64,000 bases of DNA, from assembly GCF_018977255.1 (NCBI RefSeq), contig NW_024704742.1, forward strand, positions 4,714,001-4,778,000, in the 5' to 3' direction. Below the pieces are notes generated by a model, which did no database searches, was not told the origin of the DNA, and saw only the letters and a program-made list of their open reading frames with translations. This DNA comes from Callorhinchus milii (lineage: Eukaryota). Made by a program: the position numbers and the translations under genes. Positions 38,860 through 50,235 of this stretch are shown piece after piece; positions within the stretch are counted from its first letter, which is position 1, and every line of letters begins with the position of its first letter.

Positions 38860-41072
38860 CTAAAATGAAAGGAAAAAAGGGTGGATTAATATTGATGCTG
38901 TAGTAAAAAGAGCACATATATACAGCCAGTACATTCACATTATAATAAAAATAATCCTTGCATTTGATATATAGTGTATGCATTTGATATGCCTTTCATG
39001 TCAGGAGGAAGCCTCAAAGTGTTTCACAGGATATATTGGAAAGTATAGGGATTGTGTATTTTATAGGTGAACATGACAGTTAATTTGCACACAGCAATGT
39101 TCCACAAACAACTATGATATAAATGTACAATTTTATCTGAGGAATTGTTGGCCAGGACACCGGGAGAAACTCCCTCCCAATATTTTTTTGGGGAAAATAC
39201 AATCACACCTACAACTTTACAGTACATCCTGCAATGCACTTTGAGGTGTCCTCATTGTGCGAAAGGTGCTAAATCAAAAACAGGGATGATTAGTAATTAT
39301 TATTAATTATAATAATAAATATCTTCACAGATGTAAAAAAATTCAAACATTGCAAAATATTTCTTTAATTAAAATAAAAATATTGTTTTAATGGGTTTAA
39401 AAAATACTGTTTCAGTAATATAGGAATGACCATGGACCGGAAAACATCATTGCGATCCAAATGTGGCCAGGGCCAAAGAAACTAAATCCTTCACTAAATC
39501 CGCTGTACTCTTCAACTGGATTTCTTTGCCAAACAGCTGGTTAAGGGACATTGTTCTGTGCAAATTGGCTGCGTGTTGGCGTATGCTAACACACTTATTG
39601 TAATTGTAGAGTGTAAATGATGTGGGCCACATCCTCATTTTTGGGAGGTAAGTCACCTTGGGACATTATTCAACACTTGGCTTTGGGCAATGAGTCAGAG
39701 GCGAGTGATGCCATGATGTGCAGCTTGTGAAATGCCAAAGGCGCTCGCAGTAGTTGGGAGTTTTTAGAGGTCGAGGTTTTTGGTTTTGGTTGGAAATCTG
39801 CATTGCGTGAAGGTAGATGCACTGAGCAGTGCAATGCTCTAATGCTGTTGCACCACTGAAGAACGTCATCACGTGCAACCACAAGTCTCTGCATTACAAT
39901 TCCCAAGGCAGAACCAGCAGGTCAGATTGCTGGATTGCCAAACTTGTGGTTTGGGGGAATAGATTGAGAGTTGATTAAGAGCAGCTTAACTTGGTGGCGC
40001 AACTTTGCAATTATCTTCCAGGAATTCGCAACGGTTCAATAAATAGCTGTTAAAACAGCTAACACACAAATTTCACTGAAACATTTGTATTATTCACAAA
40101 CTAATTGAAAAATTCTACGTCTAATATTAACATATTTTAACATTAAATCCCCCCTCCAATCTTTCCCTTTCCTGAATATACTGTAAAGTGATGTTTCTGG
40201 GTGTATTTTGTGGATGAACGCAGCAGCCAATTTGCACTAATATCCCACAAAGAGTCATGTAGCGAGTGACCAATTTTATTTGGGGGGATTGTTGGCCGGG
40301 ACATCAGGAGAAACTCTCTTCCCTTTTTGAATAGTGACACGGGATCTTTAACGTCCACCTGATCAGGCAGACGTGGCCACGTTTTAACATCTCATCCCAA
40401 GGACGGCACCTCCGACAATGCACCACAGCCTGCGTTAATATCAGCTTAGACGAAGTGAGTTCCAAGTCCCGATGTGGGGCTTGAACCCACAAGCAGAGGT
40501 AAGAGCCCTACCAACTGCGCCAAAAAGTTTCCCGAATTCTTCACAATCAACCGTTTCAAGACTGAAATTTAAGACTTAACACATTTGGTCTTAAAACAGA
40601 GAACGTGAGAAATGTTGGGCAACTAGAATTTTCTGTAAGTATAACCCCCTCAAGCCTAGTAATGCGCTATTTTCTATTCTATAAGTAGTGACAACGGGGC
40701 TGAAAAGGCAATGTTAGCCACATTGATTTGCAAATAGAGACAGAAATTGCAAATAACGACTCCTGCCGGAATCCTTGTGTTCGCAGAGTGACACAATTCC
40801 ACTTAGCGGCGGAATTCGCTATTCGGATCTCTGAAGAAGCATTCGCCGAACCAGGGAGCAAATGTTTCAAACTAAATACCACAGCCACGTAATGCACATA
40901 AATGCAAAACTTGGCTGAGATATTTAGTTAGCCCACACAATTCACTCAGCAGTATATTGTGCGAAGCGCCTTGAGATGCCTCGAAGACGTGATAAAGCCC
41001 TATATCAAATGCAAGGATTATTTATTTATTTGCATGTTGTTTAAAAGTTCCTGTGCCTGTCATTTTACTCAC

Positions 41073-41190
41073 ATGTATTCGGTTTGTGGGCAGTGCGGCC
41101 CCGGATTAATGATGATCAATTCTTTTATGAACTTTGGATGGATGAATTCACTCGTCGTTTTGATGCAATGGCAACGCATTATGGATACAG
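41073..41190 (-). CDS. CXCL8: CXCL8-like chemokine exon 2: [38 protein letters not shown](I)
   Basis: Acceptor tttctctacag|, donor |gtgagt; 118 nt, phase 1 to 2; CXC motif (CHC), HPKFIKEL and GPHC as in IL-8. Confidence 0.95.
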
Positions 41191-42570
41191 CTGTAGAGAA
41201 ATATTATAAAGTATTAAACGTCTGCTCTTAAACAAAGTTGTGACTGTACGGAGTTAGCAATGCAATACTTTTTGCAGGGTCAATTACAAGATTCCATTCA
41301 CCAGTGTTATATATTATATATATATATCTATATACCTTTCTTTTAGTTAAGAGTGACAACAACAATAAATTCCTCCTTCATGGAGCTCGCTATATAAATC
41401 CATCTTGGAGCGCTGTGTTCAGCTGTTGTCTATCAACAGAAACTCACTGACAGTAACAAATAAATGCTAAATAAAAGCTTATCACGAACAAAAGCTTAAA
41501 CATAAAAAAAGAAAGAAAATTTGCAATTATGCTTATCATGTTGCAAGCCTCAAAGTGTTTCACAAATACTGTTCTGCACTGTCAAATATGGGGTAGGATA
41601 TGGGGTAGGAATTCCACCTGGCTCTAGATTTACTCTGTTACTGTAACATTTTAGAATGGGCAAAATTTGGTAAACTCGTAAACTCAGCCTTAATTTGGAA
41701 AACGGTTTCCAGTAAGTTTCTTCTAAGAAGTTCCACCTATAGCTTGAAAATTAAGAGTGAGTTCAACAAATTATCAAATTCCAAAAGACCTGAAATGTCA
41801 CACAAGTAAAGTAAGTCTCGCCCCAGGAGGAATTTCTCCCCCAAAATTTGTTGGCAAAAACAGCAGCTATCTCTCACAAAAAGCCGGGAGACAGTCCCTC
41901 AAACATTCCCCTTCAATGTGATCCGCTAAATGCCTAATTTAACTGATAATTCTAGCTCTTTGTGCTCTGAATTGTTAAAGGTATAACACCATTAAGATAA
42001 GAGAACAGGAGCACTAGATGTTCAATAAAAGGCTCCCAATAGGATGTGAAGATTTATTGAAGCAAATTATTACAAGGTTCGGGAAGATCTGATTTTCTAG
42101 GTACTGTATTTGCCTTTCAAATGATTACCTTTAGAGAAGTAAATCCATTTCACTGTACATCTGTCTACCAAAGTGGGAGTTTTTGCAGTATTTCATCTGT
42201 TTACGCACAATACTGAGCTATAAAGGATTCTGGTTGGCCTGTCAGAAAGAGACGCTGAGTGAAGAATGAATGGGCTGAGATATTGAGGTTTGTACAACGC
42301 AAGGAGTATGAGTTTGAGAATCCAACGTGGTCTACCAATGGGCAGACCTGAGTTCTCTCTCTCTCAACAATTCAATCACCAAGAAACTCTGGTGTCCTCA
42401 ACACTCTTATTACTGAGCAACTGGTCTGATTGGGAGAGATAGCGGTAATACAACATCAGCCTATAGTTAAATTCAGTCTTAACAATTCAACAGTTTGTTT
42501 CAAAACCTGTTAATGGAATTAAACTAATGCAATAATCAATACAGCTAAATATTCACAGCAGTTCTCTTAC

Positions 42571-42634
42571 CATCTATCAGAACTGCAGAGAGGAAAAGGA
42601 CATTCAGAAGGATGATAGTAGTGCTGTACTTCAT
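42571..42634 (-). CDS. CXCL8: CXCL8-like chemokine exon 1, signal peptide MKYSTTIILLNVLFLSAVLID(A)
   Basis: Start context agagccATG; 64 coding nt; hydrophobic core; phase-1 donor G|gtaag; TATA box about 90 nt upstream. Confidence 0.9.
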
Positions 42635-42723
42635 GGCTCTGCTTGTCTTTAGCCACCAGGTTTTTCTTGATACTGATATGTATTGGCTCTCCTTCTTCTG
42701 AACCAGGATTGTTACGGTCGTGA

Positions 42724-42796
42724 TATTTATAGGCAAACCGTGGAATTACACAGCAAGAATTTTGCAACACTTGGATCTCAGCCAAGTCATGACACA
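42724..42796 (-). promoter_or_regulatory. Proximal promoter of CXCL8-like gene: TATA, kB-like, C/EBP-like and AP-1-like sites
   Basis: TATAAATA 42731-42724; TGGAATTACA 42741-42750; GTTGCAAAAT 42768-42759; TGACACA 42790-42796. Confidence 0.65.
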
Positions 42797-43969
42797 AATG
42801 CAATTAAAATACTGCCAAATAAGAATGGAGTAAACTGACAGAGTTACATTTTCAATTTATGTTTCTCTCTTTCATATCAACCATCATATACTGGGTTCTG
42901 AATTTAATTCAGGTTTCAAGCACCTTAACGATCACAGACACTAACAAAGATAAGGACGATAGAAAGAGAGAGATGTAACAAAGACAACGAAATGTTGAAG
43001 CAGTTACTATGTTTTTCAGGAGTATTGATCAATTCCCTTCAGCTGCTCACCGTATGGAATTGGGACACATTCAAAAGATTCAACACTCCATGCCTACAAG
43101 TAATGGGGTTTTAATATTCATCTAATATATCCATTCATTCATAGTGTGTTAAAGTCTGTGTAAAGGCTACTAGTTTGCATTTGCTTCCATCAAAATTTGT
43201 TGCATTTATTTTTGTTGAATACTCAATTAGGATTAATTGTACAGTTGACGAGGAGCCAATGTGAGGAAGTATAACAGGACCCCTGGAGTAGGACGAGGTG
43301 GGGTGTGATGTAGAGTGGTGCTTTACTGAAAGTTGAGAAAGACAAAATAAAGAAGATACTGAGACACCTGTGACTTGGAGAGAGTCATATTACAATTTGC
43401 TACAACTCGGATGTTCTGTGATAAATGTTGATAATTAAATGTGTTAAATTAAATCGTCAACTGGTTTCAGGACTGAACGCGATGTTTTGCTCCGAAGGAG
43501 CTTTGGAACGTTGCTTAAAACTGCTGCACTCCAATTACTTGTGAGGTACTTGTTGATGCTCGAAAAAGAGCTCTGAAAGCACAAGTTACTTATTATAAAT
43601 CAGAACAGTTTTGTTTTTGTTTGAACTGTAATTCGGTCCAGATTGGTAGAGGGGAAAAATGTTGTAAAGTTGGGCAAGGATGTGTAATTTAGAGCCTCCG
43701 TGAAAAATTGCACTTTCCAAGAAGGGATGAAATGTATAGTCTCAACAGCCAAACAGTGACCAGGCAGAGGCCATGTCTGAGCCCACTCAACCCCGAAATG
43801 TTTTAATTTTTGGACAGTGAGCGTGGATTTCATCCCTTCTCGGTGGATCAATCACAAGAAATAAATATTAAACAAAAAAAGCTTACGCCCCGCTCTAAGG
43901 TTTGCATTTTTTTTTTGAAGGTTTACACCTTGCTGCTAATGTCAAAGAAAGGTGGTGGTAGGGGTTTTT

Positions 43970-44640
43970 GAAAAGGAAGAGAGGACAACATGTATAAGAA
44001 CAGAAGAATTTGCTTCTGGGCAAAAGGCGAAAAAGGTCCATCCAATTTGCCTTCCACCATCCTGCCCACCGCTTGATGTGTTGTCTCCCGAAATACATAC
44101 TGTATCCCGCGATATTATTTTCTAGTAGAAATCTACTGAGTTGGTTCTTGATCTTGAAAGATCCTGGTCCTCACGTACAAAGCCCTCCATGGCCTCGCCC
44201 CAACCTGCCACCTCCTAACCCCCTACCAACCCGCCCTCCGCTCAGCCGGCTCTGACCTGCTCCACGTCCCCCGATTGGTGGGAGAGCCTTCAGCCACTCT
44301 GCCCCCAACCTCTGGAATTCCATCCCCCAATCACTTCGCCTCGCCCCCTCCTTAGCCTCCTTCAAGTCCCGCCTCAAGACCATCCTCTTCAACCATGCCA
44401 TCGGCCGCTGTCTCCCTAGGGAGCCTGTTCCATAGGTTTATTACTCGCTCACCGAAGTAGTGTTTCCGCAGATTTGTTCTGAATTTACCTCCCTTCAATC
44501 GTAGGCTGCGTCCTCAGGTTCTAATGTTCAGCACAAGATAAAACATCTTATTTGTGGTCTACGTTAGCTATTCCCTTCAGAATCTTAAAGACCGTAACCA
44601 TCCTCCCTCAACCTTCTCTTCTCGAGTTACTAAGCTTTAC
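43970..44640 (-). mobile_element. CR1 3' fragment with inserted L2 piece (+, about 44150-44400)
   Basis: 44418-44500 is the reverse complement of 47975-48052 (same CR1 subfamily); L2 piece resembles 3690-3960. Confidence 0.7.
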
Positions 44641-44847
44641 AGAACTCGCCCTAAAGTGCTTTGAAGTGTTCTGACATATTAAGGCTTGTTATAAAATATC
44701 TATGCTGCCACTTGACGGCTGAGAGTTAATGTTGCTGATAGTTGAGACACCCTGTAAATATTATCCCAAAATTGGTCATTTCATTAGTCGCTCAGGCGTC
44801 TGTGGATATTTACCACTCTGGGTGGCTTCATTCCATTATATTGCTCC

Positions 44848-45168
44848 AATAATAATAATAATCCTTGCATTTGATATAGCGCTTTTCACGTCGGGAGGAC
44901 ATCCCAAAGCGCTTCACAGAACACACTAAAGTGAATTGACTGTATATTTGTGGGCGAACGCGGCAGCCAATTGCGCACAGCAATGTCCCACAAACAGTCG
45001 TAGATTGAAAATGACCAATTTATTATTGTTTTTGGTTTTGGAGGGATTATTATTAGGCTCTGTGTGGAGTAAGGAAACTTGCCCAAGTTTTCACCCTCTG
45101 CCTGGAATTGAACTCAGGTCTCTCACTTGCAAAGCGAGTGCTCTAACCACTGAGCTACAGGACTCCAC
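44848..45168 (-). mobile_element. Full-length tRNA-derived Deu-domain SINE with L2-type tail
   Basis: A box tagctcagtgg, B box gagttcaattcc, Deu-like core, tail gtgaaaagcgctatatcaaatgcaaggattattatt. Confidence 0.92.
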
Positions 45169-47959
45169 AATGATGTAGGTTCCAGTTCAATTGACAATAT
45201 GAAATGTTTTACATTATGAACTGCCTGAGTCGCGTGTGGATTTGTTATCTCATTCGTAATGCTCCAATTTGAAGTCAACACTATGTAACTAAACAACACA
45301 AATGCTGAGCACTGCCTGGCAAGCCCCACACATAAAAAAAACCTAGAGCTGTCAGGAAAATGAAGGTGGATTTGCCGAACCCCTCCAGCGTTTGATGTTT
45401 GTTAAACTTTCAAACCAACCGCTGGCGAATGTTTGAGAAGCAGCTGCACTGGTTAAGATGATCCTGAATAGGATGTAGGGTTCACTGAGTCAGAATAATT
45501 ATAGATCTGGATTGTTCCTTTCAAAGTCAAGAAGATTCTTGTTGCAAAAGTCAGAGCAGTGTTGTGCAGTTGAAAATGCCCTCCATGTCGGGACTTTGAA
45601 GCTCATAGCGTAGGCTGACAATCCAGTGTGAACTGGTGGAGCCCTGCGCTGTTGATGGTGTCCTACTTTGGATGGCAAACTGAGGTCCTGTCGGCTTGTT
45701 CAGGTGGGTGGTAAAGATCCCATGTCACTGGTCAAAAAAGAAGGGAGCTTCTCCTGTGTCCTGGCCTTCAGTCCCCGAGATTCTATACAAAAAAATATGA
45801 CTTCGTGGCTGGACGTTGCTATACACAAATTGGCTATTGTGATCGCCTACAAATACAGAGACTACGCTTTACAGGATACTCCGTAAAGTGCTTTGAAGTG
45901 TTCTGACATGATACGGCGCCATATACAATGCGAAAGTTGATTATTATTGTGCATCGTATATGGTCTAGTTGTTTCTCAGTTGACTGAGGATACTCAGAAT
46001 GCTCTCTCATACTGAAACGCTCCCAAAGCTAAGCATAAAATGTGAAGCCCCCCCCCCCCGCCCACCCTCATTGGTAAGCAAAGTCTTATTGGAGCTGAAC
46101 TGGCTCTAAGGTGATGTGTTCGACCAGGTGAGGCTCTGCAGTGTTCCAAGGCACTGCTGATGACAGCACAGCCAGCCTGGCTCATCGGCAAGACCGGGAA
46201 GGGTAGATCAGTCACTGGGGGCAAGAAATCATCTACACTAAGTTATAGTGTATCTTGTTAGCCCTGCGAGCCGAAGCCCCAACAGGTAGGGTGGTCCTAG
46301 CAGTGGGAAAGCTTGCCAGACAATGGTTTCAATGGCAAGCTATGTGATTTTAGCTGGTTTGAATCCAGCAGTTACCGCATTGCGCACTCTGAGGTTCCCA
46401 AGCTATGACCTGTGCCTAATACTTTCTGAAATTAGGTCATAAATCATTCTCTTCTGGGACATTAACATCTCTGGAATTTCCATGCGCAGTGGGATACACG
46501 GAACTCTCAGCTTAGGGCTGCTCAATATGGTGATGTGTTTCTTCACATGTCATACGCCCAGCTGACACACCAAAAATTTTACAATTGATTCCTGACAAAC
46601 AGAAGTGTATTAGCTTGACTCAGTTGGTAGCATTCTCACCACTGAGTCAGAAGTTGTTGGTTCAAGCCCCACATCGGGAGTTTAAACTCACATGGCCAAC
46701 ACTTTGGTCAAGAACAAGATGGTTGGAAATGCTTTTTTGTTTACAGTTCAAAGCAATAAAATCTATTGCTTCATTCTAAGTTATTCAAGGGCATTAATTG
46801 TATTTGGAGAAGGAGGGAAGCTGGGGAAGGAGGTTTGGGAGGAAGCATTTGCAGGGCTGCGGGCAGAGAGCGGGGGAGTGGGATCGATTTGGGTAGAGCT
46901 GGCACAGACACGATGGTCCGAATGGCCTCCTTCTGTGCTGTATAATTCTATGATGCACTCCAGCTTACTGAGCTCTGAAACTTCAGGCTCAAAATGCCAT
47001 TGGGACGGCAGTGGTGCTTAATGACATTATCTTAAGGGTTCAGAATATTCTTTCTAAAACATAATAATAATCGTTGCATTTGATATAGCGCTTTATCACA
47101 TCTACGAAACGTCTCAAAGCTCTTCGCAGAATATACTGGAAAATAAATTGATTGTACATTTTATAGGTGAAATGTGAGAGCCCCAAGTGCACACAACTGT
47201 CCCACAAACAGTTATGGATTGAGTGACCACATTATTATTCATTTATTATAAGAACTGTTGTGAGCCTTTTTGGCTTAAAAATATAAGGTTACACAATCAA
47301 ATCGTTAATTAATCACATTTTCCTGCTTACTCAAGTGTTTACTCTGCAAATTCCTTCTCAGTGTCTGTGTAAAGACATGGTGTTCACCCAAGAAACACAC
47401 AGTCACTACACTTTATAGTGTATCTTGTGAAGTGCTTTAAGGACATCCTCTCCATGTGAAAGCCACTATCCCAAATGTAAGTATTGTTCATTATTATGGC
47501 TTTTACTTGTCGCACTAACATTCTGGAGGTTCTTCTCACATGGTTGGAAGAATTTACACCATGTTCCTTTAAGTATAGAATATATTTTTGGGACAATCCA
47601 TAAATTTATATCTCTTCGAAGCTCAATCTGCAGGTACACAGATACATTTTACCTCAGCTGTACTCAGAGAGTAGTAGACTTGTTCCGATGACACATCCAG
47701 TCCAGCGTTTAAGTCCTCTATACCTGGTAGGAGTTTAGGAATTTCAGCCGCACAATCGATAAACAAGATTTTTTTTTTGTTCTCTGGCTATCAGACACAT
47801 GTGGAAACCCATCACCTTGTTTAAAAATAACCAGATGTGACTGAGAGTTCCGTGAGTGTCACTTACATTAGGGTTATTTCCTTCCTGGAGGGGTTCCTCT
47901 TCCCCTCCGCTTACCTAATTCCCGAGAATATTAGGTGCAAGCTCTGAGGGGAATAGAGA

Positions 47960-48232
47960 ATAGGAGACGGCTTGGTTGAAGGGAGGTAAATTCAGAACAA
48001 ATCTGCGGAAACACTACGGTGAACGAGCAGCAAACTTATGGAACAGGCTCCCGAGGGAGACAGTGGAAGCAGAAAATGCGGTTGGTTTCAAGAACAAATG
48101 AGAGATTTCTGTTAGAAAATAATACCTCGGGATACAATATATAGTTTGGGACACCACGTGTCCTAGCGACTGCCAGGATGGTAGAAGGTCTTCTTCCGCC
48201 AGCAAATTGTTATCCAAATTGTTATGTTTCTT
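47960..48232 (+). mobile_element. CR1 3' fragment
   Basis: ..GGKFRTNLRKHY..LWNRLPRETVEA..; inverse copy of 44418-44500. Confidence 0.75.
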
Positions 48233-48929
48233 AAGTTGGTAAGATTCAAGACTTCGGGACCCCAGAATGTGTAGTGGGGTACTCCTGGAGTTTAACCAAC
48301 TAAAATCGTAGTTAATCGAAGCATTGTCTGGCAAGCTTCCTCTTGCTTGTCCAGCGAGGACCACCAATTTGCACTTAACTCCAATACGATGAGTACACAT
48401 TCCATTCCAAACATTAGAAACTTCTGTGGTGTAGGGGGCATGCATGACCCTACTAGTTTTGTTTAGTTTGGATGTTCTTGAGTGTGTTGACAGGATATCA
48501 CACATGTCAAATGCTTGGCTGACTTCAGCAGAGGCTTTTTGCTCTGTAATTGAGCTTGGTATCACGTCATCAAGATGCTTCACAGGATATTACTATGAAC
48601 GTTCCTCCTGACGTGAAAGGCACTATATAAAGGCGAGTTGTCAGTGTTGTTGAATTGTAGTGACTGTGTATTTGCAGGCAAACACAGCAGTTAATTTACG
48701 CACAACCAAGGTGCCACCAAGAGCTATGGTGTGAGAAAGTTTTTTTCGTTTGGGAGATTGTTGGCCAGGACATTAGGAGAAACTCGCTACTCTTTTCAAA
48801 GAGTGCCAGCTTTAAGGTCTACCTGAAACGGACAGATAGTTTCACGCCTCAGCAGCAAATAATCCTGGTAAACGAAGTAAATTATATTAAGTTTAAAAAC
48901 CCATCACTTTTGCGGTCATTTCCTCATTG

Positions 48930-48997
48930 CGTCAAACATTAAGGAAATAATTGGAAAATATGCCGTCAAACATTAAGCAAATAATTGGAAAATATGC
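48930..48997. repeat. Tandem duplication, 2 x 34 bp
   Basis: cgtcaaacattaag(g/c)aaataattggaaaatatgc twice, 1 mismatch. Confidence 0.92.
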
Positions 48998-49302
48998 CGA
49001 ATGCTGAACTAATTTCTATAATGAGATAGTGACGCACCTATTTGTCATGACATGATACATCAGCTAATGCGATTACAGATATAGGAAATTTATGATAGAA
49101 AGGAAGTATTAAAAAAAAAGTTGGATTAGTTTTCTCGCCATGATGTAGACATTGCCAGGAAAGGTTATTAAAACAAATCATATAAATGGGTTCTCGAGGC
49201 AATTTGAAGAAAGAAAAATAAGGGACATCAGGGTAAGAAGATTAGGCTTTTTTGTGGGGAGTGGCGGGTGGCGCGAAGGGCTGGGGGTTAGCCCAGTGTC
49301 TG

Positions 49303-50235
49303 TGTTAGATTATAGAAGTTGTAGTCTAATAATAATGAACATTAAACAAGTGTAGAATGGAGAAACTACTGACAGTCATGGGATAGGACACATCTGTTTT
49401 TCTCTGTTTTTGAAAGAATAACAGGACAGCTTTGGAAAAGGGCAGAGGGTCACCTCTTATCAGTAAATGACAACAAGCCACAGAGGTAACGGTCCAATGT
49501 ACCAGTTGACACAGGACCTCGACTTAGCAATAAGTCGCTAGATTCTGACAAGGCCAAGCGACGGAAGGCAACCCTCAAGAATAGCAACTAATGAGCAAGT
49601 CGCTTAAACCAGAGGACCTTGGTACCATCCCGGAATACTGATAAGAAATAACCAGTCACTTAAAAGGATGTACTAATGATTCCACATAATAAAATAACAA
49701 GCACCAGATACAGCCCTAAACTGATCGATCTCCTATCTTAGACAGGAAAAAGGGAAGACCTTGTGGAGGCTCAGTCAGGCTGGCGCCAAGCCAAATGATC
49801 GATTAACCTGAGTAACCCTAGGAAGGACGAGGCGGTTGGTCGACAAACCACCGAATAAGGCGAGGTAAAATACGTAGTGATTGGATATGTAAATATGGGA
49901 TGTAATGGCAAGTCAGGCGACTGACTATAAGTAGCCGAAAGAGAGAAGTGGGAAGCAGTCAGGAACAGCGCCAACAGACGGTGATGGAAGATCCCTCTGA
50001 CAAACTTTATCTACTAAAAATTAGTAGATAAAGTAATTATAACGGGAACAGGCATCGGTCTATCGAAACCGACTTGGGGAAAGGGTATAACTATAGCACG
50101 AGTTTTCTTTAGTCACAAAACATTGTTTTGCTGGCAGTTGCGACCACTGAACCCCGAATAACCCACCTAAGAGAAACGGTTCAGGGAACCAGGCTCCACG
50201 GATCCGGCATGATCAGACCTTTTTGATATCTAACA
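49303..50235 (+). mobile_element. Solo LTR (ERV or Gypsy-type), 933 bp
   Basis: Termini TGTTAGAT...ATCTAACA (perfect 8-bp IR); 4-bp TSD TCTG (49299-49302, 50236-50239); ATTGG 49880-49884, TATAAGTA 49926-49933; no PBS or PPT outside the ends. Confidence 0.85.

Noticed and set aside
39447..39536. Exon-like minus-strand stretch LFGKEIQLKSTADLVKDLVSLALATFGSQ* in chemokine intron 2
   Set aside because: Reads in phase 0 while intron 2 is phase 2; acceptor abuts a SINE fragment; no homology recognised.
42440..42506. Alternative acceptor giving GFETNC* (CC-chemokine-like or selenocysteine readthrough)
   Set aside because: Immediate TGA, no SECIS seen, and an intact exon 2 exists at 41073-41190.
45085..45168. 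tRNA-like A/B boxes (also other SINE heads)
   Set aside because: Continuous with SINE body and tail; not tRNA genes.
49781..49787. TGGCGCC resembling a tRNA-Lys primer-binding site
   Set aside because: Only 7 nt, internal to the LTR and not preceded by a CA end.
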